Positions 53,671 to 64,000 of a stretch of 64,000 bases of DNA are shown one piece after another. How positions within the stretch are numbered: position 1 is the stretch's first letter; every line of letters starts with the position of its first letter. The stretch spans positions 16,281 to 80,280 of the forward strand of contig JAQGDQ010000268.1 in the NCBI GenBank assembly GCA_030141605.1, in the 5' to 3' direction. The DNA comes from Tubiluchus corallicola. Its lineage: Eukaryota; Animalia; Priapulida. Below the pieces are notes generated by a model. That model searched no databases and was not told the origin of the DNA. It saw nothing but the letters and a program-made list of their open reading frames with translations. The position numbers and the translations under genes were made by a program.

Positions 53671-56600
53671 ATGAAGAGCGAGATGTCATCTCCGTGTCCC
53701 TCCTCTACTGACAGCATTCCGAGCATCGGATCTAGTCTGCCGCCCAGCGAACCGGATGTCGAAGTTCATCACGGCAACAGCACCAGTACAAAGTGTGGTC
53801 TGTGCAGTGAGACATTCACGGTGCCGAAAGTACTAGACTGCTTTCACACATTCTGTCAGCCTTGTTTGGAAAAAGTGCAGTTAGTGCCGGAGAAAATAGC
53901 ATGTCCAGAATGTCACGCCATCACGCCGCTTCCCTCTAATGGCGTGTATGGTCTGATGTCTGACATTGCTGTGAGTAGCATTCTTGAGTCAGCAGCAGTC
54001 AATGTGAACAATCTAACTTGCACTGGCTGCAAGAGTAAAGAGACTAATGCTGTGGCACGGTGCTTTGACTGTGCAAATTTCCTATGTCCCAATTGTGTAA
54101 TGGCACATCAGTTTATGCATTGTTTTGAAGGCCACCGCGTCCTCACGCTGGGCGAGCTCCAGAATGGGAAGGACGACATGCACATGGAGAAGTCCGTCAG
54201 TTGCCCACGACACAAGGGTGACGCACTTAAGTATTATTGCAGAAGTTGTGATGTACCGATTTGCAAGGAGTGCACTAGCATAGAACATCCGAAGGGCCTT
54301 CATGATTTTGATCACATGAGCGCAGTGGAAATGGCAATGGTTACTGCAGTCACTCAATTAGTCGATGAAGGCAAAATGAAGGCTAAAGAACTGAAGATGG
54401 CATTGAAGACGGTAGAACACACTGGAAACAGACTACAGGTAAATTCAGTTCTCATACATATTGTATGAAGTTTAATCTTAAACACTGTTAATTTTAGTAG
54501 GTTGATGTATTTAGCTTATTACTAGGGATAATTTTCCAAGATAAGACTCTGAACCAGTCTTGAGCACTTCCTTCGATATATTTGAACATCCTTCTTTAAC
54601 AAAAGTTGGCTTAATGGTCTTTTTATGGCAGTCACACATCCGTTTACAAGCTGGGCCTTGGCAGTGAAGCTGAATCTGTAGCTATGTACACTTCATGATT
54701 AGTCAGCCATTCTGCTTGCTTTTGTAGATCCCAAATATTTCACAGGATGAGAAACGAACTGAACAAAAAGCTAGCAAATCTCGACTGATTAATAATTGGA
54801 CTAGATTGCTGCAAGAATGTAAATAAAAAAATACAATACAATACATAACCTCATATACTGTTGTGAAATAATGTCGGATATTTTTCCTCTTAATTTAAGA
54901 AGAAATTTGTGCTAAGTGAGCAAGAATACTTCTGTGTTTAGCATATTAAGAATCTGACACATTACACTCAAAGCCAGTATGCTGCAACAATTCCTGATGA
55001 TCCTGATCAGCTGGAATCATGTGGCACACCTACATGATTTAGAGGAACCAGTTCATTTTGCAGATGTGGACATTTCTAAGACTAATTTCACTTCATTAAA
55101 TTTATTTTTTATAACACTACAGTTATCGAAGCAAATGTAAGAAGAAGATTCTTAGCAAACTGTCCCACAGTCTTCTTTCTAGTCTACAATTTGAGACATA
55201 ACTTAGTAACTAACTTTAACAATGCATGGTCAATGCACTTTCATACGTAGAACTAATTTGTATAACCTATGTAAAGTAAACTTTTTGTTCTGTTTCTTAC
55301 TCTCGAATGCTAACGCGACAGCAGAGTCATTGTTAATTATGCCCCTTAATTCAAATTTGTCATACAGTATTTTGAGACTTTTTTGTACTTTATTGCTTTT
55401 TTCTTGTTTAGATTCAATACCAAAAAGCACAAACGGAGATTAGTGAAACATACAACTTCTATAGATCTATGATAGAGGAGCGGAAGCAAGAGACTCTAAA
55501 AGAATTAGAGGCAGTTTATGCTGCTAAAAATGTATCATTGAATGGCGTATCTTCCAAAATTGAGGAAACCGCACAACGACTATACAACGGCTGTGACTTC
55601 ATTGAGCGTCTTCTGAAGCATGCCAGCAACGTAGAGGTGCTTATGTACAAGAAAGACCTGCAACAACGGATGCACGGTTTATTCGGGTACACACCAGATG
55701 TCAGTAATCAGAACACATACGACTTTGAGTTTGTATCTAACTATCAAGCCATCCAAATTGGGGTGCGTAATACTTATGGCTACATCAGACAGAGTACTGA
55801 TTTTACACCACCTACAAATCCAGTGCGTCCACAGCCGATAGCAAGGCCAAATGGTCAGATCAACAGTTTGAGCAATGGCTTTTCGAACAGCATCGTGAAT
55901 GGTATAAGTACCATTCCGAGTGGCTTAAACAATGTATTAAATGGCTTCACTAATACCATGTCCAACGGTTACCATCACAATTCACAGAACCATCCTGGAC
56001 ATCATGCACCTCACCATGGAAGCCATCGACCTCAACATCCGGTTGTTACCAACAGTGGAAGTAACCTCTTTGATCCTCCTCAGAACCTGCTAGTGACAAA
56101 ACCTTTCAGCAGCAGCAATAGCTCATTGAGTTCTTTCCCAACAAATGACATAAATTTGTATGAAAAATGGTCAAATGGCGGAACTGTGGATATCTTCAGC
56201 AACGGAACCGACCACTTTGGTCCTCCAACTGACTCCATTGGCCTGGATCTTGCCTCAAAATTGATTACCACTAACATATTTCCACCTAAGTGTCAGATTC
56301 GGAGGCAGAAAATGATTTATCACTGCAAATTTGGTGAGTTTGGCGTGATGGAGGGTCAGTTTACAGAGCCCAGTGGCGTTGCAGTGAATGCACAGAACGA
56401 CATCATCGTAGCAGATACCAACAATCATCGCATTCAGATATTTGACAAGGAGGGCCGTTTCAAATTTCAGTTTGGTGAGTGTGGCAAGAGAGACGGTCAG
56501 TTGTTGTATCCCAACAGGGTTGCCGTCATCAAAACTTCTGGTGACATCATTGTAACGGAACGAAGCCCAACTCATCAAATCCAGATATATAACCAATATG

Positions 56601-57136
56601 GTCAATTTGTGCGTAAATTTGGTGCCAACATACTGCAGCATCCCCGTGGTGTTACCGTTGACAACAAAGGCCGAATCATTGTAGTCGAATGCAAGGTTAT
56701 GCGAGTGATAATCTTCAGCCAAATGGGAGAAGTATTACAAAAGTTTGGTTGTTCCAAACATCTAGAATTTCCAAATGGAGTCGTAGTCAACGACAAGCAG
56801 GAGATCTTTATCAGCGACAATCGAGCTCACTGCGTGAAAGTGTTCAACTATGACGGCGTCTACCTGCGGCAGATCGGAGGCGAGGGTATCACCAACTATC
56901 CGATCGGTGTCGGCATCAACCACGCCGGAGAGATCCTGATTGCTGATAATCACAACAACTTCAACATCACCATTTTCAAGCAAGATGGCACGCTCATGAA
57001 TGCGCTGGAAAGCAAGGTTAAGCATGCACAATGTTTCGACGTATCGCTAATGGATGATGGATCTGTAGTTCTGGCTAGCAAAGACTACAGATTGTATATT
57101 TACAGGTATATTCAAGTCCCAAGCATTGGTTTGTAA
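53671..57136 (+). CDS. brat: Brain tumor / NCL-1 type TRIM-NHL protein with RING, 2 B-boxes, coiled coil and NHL repeats, 830 aa
   Basis: join(53671..54438,55412..57136), phase 0. RING C3HC4 at aa 42-81. B-box1 CTGCKSKETNAVARCFDCANFLCPNCVMAHQFMHCFEGHRV. B-box2 CPRHKGDALKYYCRSCDVPICKEC…H. Coiled coil QYQKAQTEISETYNFYRSMIEERKQE. The NHL domain (IRRQKMIYHCKFGEFGVMEGQFTEPSGVAVNAQNDIIVADTNNHRIQIFDKEGRFKFQFGECGKRDGQLLYPNRVAV…ASKDYRLYIYRY) is recognisably Brat-like. Confidence 0.95.
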
Positions 57137-60100
57137 ATTAACCAGAAATTACCAAAATATCTTCTGTTTCCTCACCTCTACACTCCAACTGCTGAAGCTT
57201 ATTTGTTACAGCTAAGATTAATTTGTACTCGTTTTGAGTTTTTAAAACTGCAGGAATTTTGAAGTTTGTGTGAATTCACTTACTGCACATTTGATTTTTT
57301 AGTTGTTTAGTGATGCACGTTTTGGTGTTAATTCAGAAGTGTTTAATTTTTTCCAACATTACAGTGTTGGCTCAGAATTTTTGATAAGTTATTTTATTAT
57401 TCTCTCTCAAGGAGTCTCGTTATGTATGGTAATTATGCAATGTTTGTTGACTTGATTTGTACTTGTTGATGTTAACATTGATATGGTGGCAATTATCTTT
57501 GATCGTGTTTAACTAGGTTATATATTATTAATTATTTTAGCTTGAGCAATTGAAGTCAATGTATCGTCACTGATGTTTAGTTACTGTTGCTGTAATAAGT
57601 AATTTATTAACAGTAAAGAGAACCTCGGTGTGATCCACATATCTGGCCTCCTTGTGCTCATTTAGTGGTAGCAGTTTAATTTATCCGTTGATAATGCGGT
57701 GTTCTCTGATTAAGAATTTGTGGTATATTTTATTATGGAGCCTTTTGCCGTATAATTTTGTATCACTTTGATAAATGCTAAATGTTATGCCAAGATCCTA
57801 GTGTATCTGTATTCGTGAGTTTTAAACAATGGAAGCAAGGTGTCATTTGTATCGCATTTTGATAGTCTTCAAAAATAATTTTAATATGCTCAAGAGCTGT
57901 TGTCGTTCTTTATAGTTACAAGAATATGGTGATTTTTCGTTTGCCTTCCTGTTGAATAGAATTGGATCTCTTTGGAGTGCTTAGGGTTCAGTTTGCCTTG
58001 GCTGTACGATTGCATTGTTAATGGCTTAAATGTTTTATTTTGAGTGTTGTTGCTCGCCTTGAATATTTGCATGCGAACAAAGATTCGAATCGTTGCCATC
58101 TTGAAGTTTTTTGTTGGATCACATTTTGTTGCAAGTTTATTGGTATTAGGTTACGTTGGGAGCTGATGGGGCGTGTTCTAAAATTGACTGGCAGGCCAAG
58201 CATCGGTGCTACCCTTGAGCACTTAGAAAGTAATGGACCAAAAAAGGGAATTTCGAGATCATTCCACCAAGAAATTGTTGTCTATTTTTATAAAAAAGAA
58301 AAATTGCGCATTCAAAGCGCAACTATCTGCTTTCAAGTCTCTAGTTGAACTGCATTATAATCTAGTCTTGTTTTCCATACATTGAGGATGTTTTAGAATT
58401 TCTTGAGTAATCAGATAAAGCAGAATGTATTAGTAACGTACATTTATGGACTAGTCTGTTCTGTTTCTCAGACATGCAGCTGTCCTCAATACTAATTTTC
58501 TTGTTGAGTTATACTGTTTAGACTTGCATTTTAAATATTGTTGAAAAAGTGGGAAAGAATCTCATGGTAATTCCTCATAATTCGCTCGACTGGCAAGCAT
58601 CGGCAGTGTTCTACAATTCTAATGAAGTTAGCAGTAATCTGTGATTATTATTTTTGTGTAGGTTCTTCACTACCTCGCACATATTCAGACTGGTGTTAGA
58701 ATGTAATTCATTCCTTCCAGAATTGTTCTGTGTGTTCTATGAGCAAGATCTGTTCTTATTTTGTCACAATCAACTTTTCATACTGCAGTTTTACTTTTAA
58801 AAACCCTGATAGAATGTAGTTACATGTATTTCATATTTTTATTTTAAGTAAATTATTGTGCAGTATGGCGAGAATGTAATCATTAGTTAATGCCGACTTT
58901 GTGTAATACATTGTGCTTTATTTAGAGATAAGACCAAAATTACCCGGCTATCATAGCCGTTCTTAAAGTTCTTGTTGATATTATTTAACCGTTCCATATA
59001 AACAAGACCAAAAATTTGTGAATTATAACTAATAATAAATGTAGAATGTTGTGGATATATAATTTTAAGTTTTGTTAGTGTCAAAAATGATAAAAAACAA
59101 CAAAAAATGTGTTTTTGTATACGTAGTTAATGTTGTTTGACACGGTAATTATCGTTCTTGTGAAAAATTCTGTTTATAGTCAGATTAGGGGAATTAATGT
59201 CACTTCTTACTTTTTTTGACTACTCTTTCTGTATTACTATTTTTGTGATTAAAAGAGATTGCCTAATTTTTTTACATGGATGCCCTTAGTTTTTTCTTGG
59301 GGAGTTTTTCAAGAAAACTTAGGAATAAAAATACTTCTCTTGATCAATTATCAAGTTTTTGCTTAAGGAGGTGACATTATTTTGTTAATAAAGTGTAAGG
59401 TAAACGTTGTTTCTTATTATTGTTATAATTGTTCTTGGCAGTCGATGTTTATCTATACTTGTTGTAGTGCCTATCGCTTGTTTCCATGGCAACTAAGTAT
59501 TGTACGATATTTAGAGGTAATTGAAGTTTTTCGATATTATTGCTTTGTAGATGCTGCTGTTTGTTGTGCCATGCTGTTTTAATTATTACGATAGAGAATA
59601 GTTATTGTGTCTATTATTATAGTGAAGATTTATTCCTTTGTGTAATGTTAGTAGTTGGATGAGAATCATATCGTTTTTGTACATGCAAATGCTCGCTGGT
59701 CTGGCCATCTTGTTGAACGCATGCAGTGTGCATGGACAAAACAGTGCTATAGTTTGTGCAATGTAATTATGATGCAGTGCAGCTGGGTGTGGTACACGCC
59801 ACGCCCGACACGTAACCCATGCCAAAGAGGCAAATCAGCAATCATGATGCCATATGGATCAAAGACCAGCTTGTTCATTTGTGTTAATATTTGTTACTTG
59901 TTGATATTTGTGAATTTATATTATATTTATCTTTGCCCATCTCTGACCAATTTATGTGGGCCAGAATTTGATGTTTAGTAAATAGCAGCAGTATTCGCAA
60001 GCAGCAGTGGGGTGTAGGAGCGAGTTGCAGCTTGCATTGTCTGGTTTATAGAGGCGCTGTACTGTGTATGTCTGGCCCACTTGCTCCAATCGTGCTGAAA

Positions 60101-61620
60101 TTTTTTTACGTGGCTCTCATTTTTGAAGTTGGCATTATTATTATAGTTATTAATACTGTTATTTACAACTAATATGTGTGTGAGTTGTCGTTCAACTTGT
60201 CGTATGGTACGTACGTCACTGTTCTCTTGACTCGATCTTTGTGACACAACTAACGCTGTGGGCAGAGCAGGTTTACATAAACGCAGCTTTTTCTCCCATG
60301 TGGATAAAATTTTAATGTGGGAATAGCGTCATAATAAGAGCTGACAAACGTAGGGCTTAACCAGTGCATTCACGATTTGCTTGACAAGATTTTGAGATGC
60401 TCATGCTTGTGTGGCCGAAGATGCCCACTGCTTTGTCCAGCATTTGATCGGGTCAAAGGTCAGCTGTACTTGGTGTCAAAGTTAATTTTTTGTTGATATA
60501 GCGATAGTCGTTTTATCTATGCTAGCCAAAGTAGCCTAGCTTTGCACCGTTGTGACCAATTATCTTAACTCTTTTGGTGGTCCTTAATTATCTATGTATG
60601 ATATCCGTTGTTCAGTGCTTGCTTTGTCAAAAGTATGTGCTCTTTGCCGTAGTTTTTGTTGAATGTTCATCAGGACGTCAGCCACCAAAAGTGTTTTGAT
60701 GAAGTTGTATTTGCTGTTTACAATTTTAGTAACTTTTCTAGAGTTAATATCGTTTAATAATTTAAGAATCTTGTTTTTATTTAATTTAATATAACCAGTT
60801 TGAGGATTTTGAAACTAGTGTGTGTGAATTTAACGTACATTCCACTGAAGAAGCAATGTGCATTTTGCAATCCAGTTGTGTTTTTCTTTTTTCATTTTAC
60901 TTGCATAAATTTCTATATGTTTGTTGGTGTTTTAATTTTGCACACAGAGTGACTAATGTACGTTCTCTATTTTTGTTCTTATAATTAGATTTACCACTGT
61001 AGTGTACGTACACAGCACTTATATTGCAATGTGCCTTGATTGGGTCACAGCCCGAAAGAGCCAGCCGCAAACACATTGTGGTCGAGATACTATTCTTCTA
61101 TTATAACAATACTGTTACAATATTAATAATCTTGTTTGTTAATTCTAGATACTTGCTATTAATATTCGGTGTACTCGCATTATTACCTAAGCAGTCGTAT
61201 TTACTCCTGCACGTAATATTTGTAATAGTGTTTAGTTATTTACCCGTTGAACATTGTATAATTCCAGAAAAATTCTTCGCCTGCTATTTTTGATATGTGA
61301 AAATTTAATTTTCTTGAAGTGAACCACTCTATATTTGCACTTGGATGGCTGGGGATACTCCTCTGGCTGTGGCTGTTATCTTCCATCTTGGAGTGCATTG
61401 TTCAGTCGAACTTGCAATGCCTCCGGGTCACCTGTCTCGTATCTACTGGTTTTTAACTTTATAAAAAATACATTAGATTTGTTTAAATCAATTGATAGTC
61501 TGTTTTATTATTATTGTTACCGTCTTTCAGTCGTTTGTTACATCTTCAGTGAATGTAATAAATAAAGTGAATGTTTTGTTTGCTCTAGTAAATAAATAAA
61601 ACGTTGTTTTTTGTGTTTTA
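57137..61620 (+). other. Probable long (~4.4 kb) U-rich 3'UTR of brat
   Basis: U/G-rich sequence runs to clustered AATAAA at 61557-61566 and 61590-61600, followed by a GU-rich downstream element. An earlier AATAAA near 59034 could be an alternative end. Confidence 0.5.
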
Positions 61621-63547
61621 TTGGATTTCTTCTGTTTTTGCATGTGTACTTATGTTGTATTGTTACACAAACATTTATTGCATCTGTACAATCACAATAA
61701 ACTATCTAACAAATCAATTATGCAGATCTGATTACCCAGTATCATAATGATTTGCTTATTTCTGGTATGGGCAACATTGCTAGGGTTATGACGGCTTACC
61801 GCCTTCGATCATAAGCGATTAATGAAAACGGGTCACATTTAAAGCAAGAAGTTCGAGTCCAAGCCAAGTAGTCTTGGGATTACAGGTTTTTCATTTTTAC
61901 TCCTGGTAATTTGACAAGGGATCGCTATATGGTGTACGTTACTGTCTGTAGCAATGTCGGCATCCTAATGTAATAACTTGGTGCACAATTGCGTTTGTTA
62001 TCAAGAATAATTTGCAAAGTATTCTTGGTACTCTATCAGTTTAAAAATATAGTAAGGATTTCGATGAACTTAAAATAAAATTCATTATGGTTGGCACAAA
62101 ACACAACTTCGGGATTTTGAGATAGTACATCAAAGTAAAGTCAGTAATACACATAGAGAAAACCTACTACAAATTGTAATTATTATTACTAAATAGATCA
62201 ACTATTCTATTGCTGCCGTATTTATGCCGATGTTACACAAGCTTTCAAATAGTAAGCATTTATTGCCGTAATTATAAAATTGACCACTTTAGACCTACAT
62301 TTTGTCATTTATGTATACAGCTACAGATTTATGATTACCTTGTTAGACTAACCGAATAATTAATTGTAACAAAGACCTTCAAAATAGAGCTAGCAGCGAC
62401 AGGATAAACTTATAGTAAGCAAAACAATAAATCCCAGAGCGATATAGCATGTAAAAAAGGAGCTCAGCTGATGTATTGTTGTTGCAAAATTAATCACATT
62501 GTTTTTTTTATTTATTTTTTCTTTTTTTTTGAAGTTTTGAAGACCGTCTTTGGAATGCCCACTTTTTGACTACTTGCCAGTTATTCCAGCTTATTTGCGG
62601 GATATCAACCGTAACTTGTACATAGCTATAAATATAACAGGCTGAACTAGAAGTGCGAAGTTTGTTATGGCATCTTTACTGTAATAACTTAACTAATTTG
62701 GCCTACCAACAGTCCTATACGCGCACATCATATATAATCCTTCACATACAGAAATGAAAATCTCATCTTTCCAACGGCTAATTTAAAAAATAGACCAGCG
62801 CTTCAATTGCTATATTGAAAAAAATTCCATTTATTAGAGGAAAATACTAACTATTTTGCCATCACAAAATTGTTTACGAAAATATGTTGAAAGTCTGAAT
62901 TAACTTTAGAGCCGAGCTCAGTTTGCACATGACTCCCAAACACTGATTCACGGAAGGACTTCTTTGAGAGCAAACATCTTTCGCAAGCTCAGCCTCCACT
63001 GTTCATGAGTCACGGCTGATTTTGCCGCTGATGAAACCACGCATGACTCAGCCAGACACGTCATTGAGAAAAATTCACCAGGGGAGTAGAAATGCACGAC
63101 TTCCATTAAACGAGAGTAAATTATCATCATCTGAGCTTTGAATGTTGTCTTTGGCCTACATTAAAAAGTTCTAACTATTTGTATCTCTGCTAGGTAAGTT
63201 TTATAATCCTTTCTGTTGTTTACTCCATGTAGGCCGCGTATAATTGATTGGTCGTTAATTATTATGACATTTTACCTTGGAAAAATTCACAATGAGTTTT
63301 ATTTATAGGAAAATTTAATTTACTACATCGTTGTTCTAAGACAAAACAAATTTAGAAGCAAGCTGGACTGGTTTAGCAACGACGAGTCTATTCCAGAAAG
63401 TCGCAACAATTCTGGACAGTCTGATGTCATATGCGGTTCTTTACATATGATTTTCCCCAAGCCTTAAAAGAAGAAAAGTAATAGTTTTAAATATCTGAAA
63501 TCTTCAAACTGATGTGTGACACGATGTAATATACCTTTTTGATAGAA

Positions 63548-63800
63548 AGGCGGATTAACCATTAGGCTAAGAAAACTACAGCCTTAAATTGTGATAGGGC
63601 CTCGGAATCTTAAGACCGATGGCATATTAAACAGAGATGGTGCTATTTAGTAAACAGGATAACAAAATTATTTTAAACAAGTATATTTTTTCTTTTTTGT
63701 GCATAGCCAGGAAGCAGTTGAGCGATTGAGCCTATATTATTACACAAAACAGTGGTGGATTTAAGGGGTGGGCCCAAAGGGGCCTGGGCCCTCCCTTGCA
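63548..63800 (+). mobile_element. Non-autonomous hAT-like end fragments
   Basis: ggcggattaaccattaggctaa…tagggcctc and cagtggtggatttaaggggtgggccc…gggcctgggccctccc resemble common hAT MITE termini. Confidence 0.35.
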
Positions 63801-64000
63801 CAGTAACTTACAACCAAATTAATATTTTCTCTGAATTATAAGCATTAGAACAATTTGCTAGATCCTAAAGGTGCCTTATATCTGTCAAAATCATATATCA
63901 CAAAAAAAACAGATGAAAGTTATTTACATCATGTGTGCTGTATAGTGTATATCAAAATATTTGGTATGTATTTTTGAGTCAAAGGTGAGCTATCACCTGT

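Noticed and set aside
56080-57031. Several antisense ORFs (65-155 aa) over the brat NHL exon
   Set aside because: These are typical shadow ORFs of a conserved coding strand, with no recognisable protein features.

Overview
This is AT-rich eukaryotic genomic DNA from an invertebrate animal, probably a non-arthropod protostome (inference only), with canonical GT-AG introns. I could build five protein-coding genes by hand with consistent splice phases. (1) The 5' part of a KMT2C/D (MLL3/4) histone methyltransferase on the minus strand, which runs off the window start. (2) A divergently oriented ankyrin-repeat DHHC palmitoyltransferase whose coding region is essentially one exon. (3) MPND (RAMA plus MPN/JAMM domains). 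(4) SEC61G on the minus strand. (5) A brain tumor (brat)/ncl-1-type TRIM-NHL gene that keeps an intact N-terminal RING finger, and probably has a ~20 kb first intron and a ~4.4 kb 3'UTR. Non-coding DNA holds a decayed, internally deleted hAT transposase, several MITE/foldback elements, tRNA-derived SINE heads, decayed Penelope-type hammerhead cores and tandem repeats. I found no clear evidence of a new multi-gene system. The best leads are post-transcriptional: the RING-bearing Brat, uORFs with an identical TGA-GT-ATG junction in two different leaders, a structured element in the brat 3'UTR, a GC3 island in the NHL coding region, long intronic foldbacks, and a UPR element at the SEC61G start. 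All coordinates were read by eye and no database searches were run.
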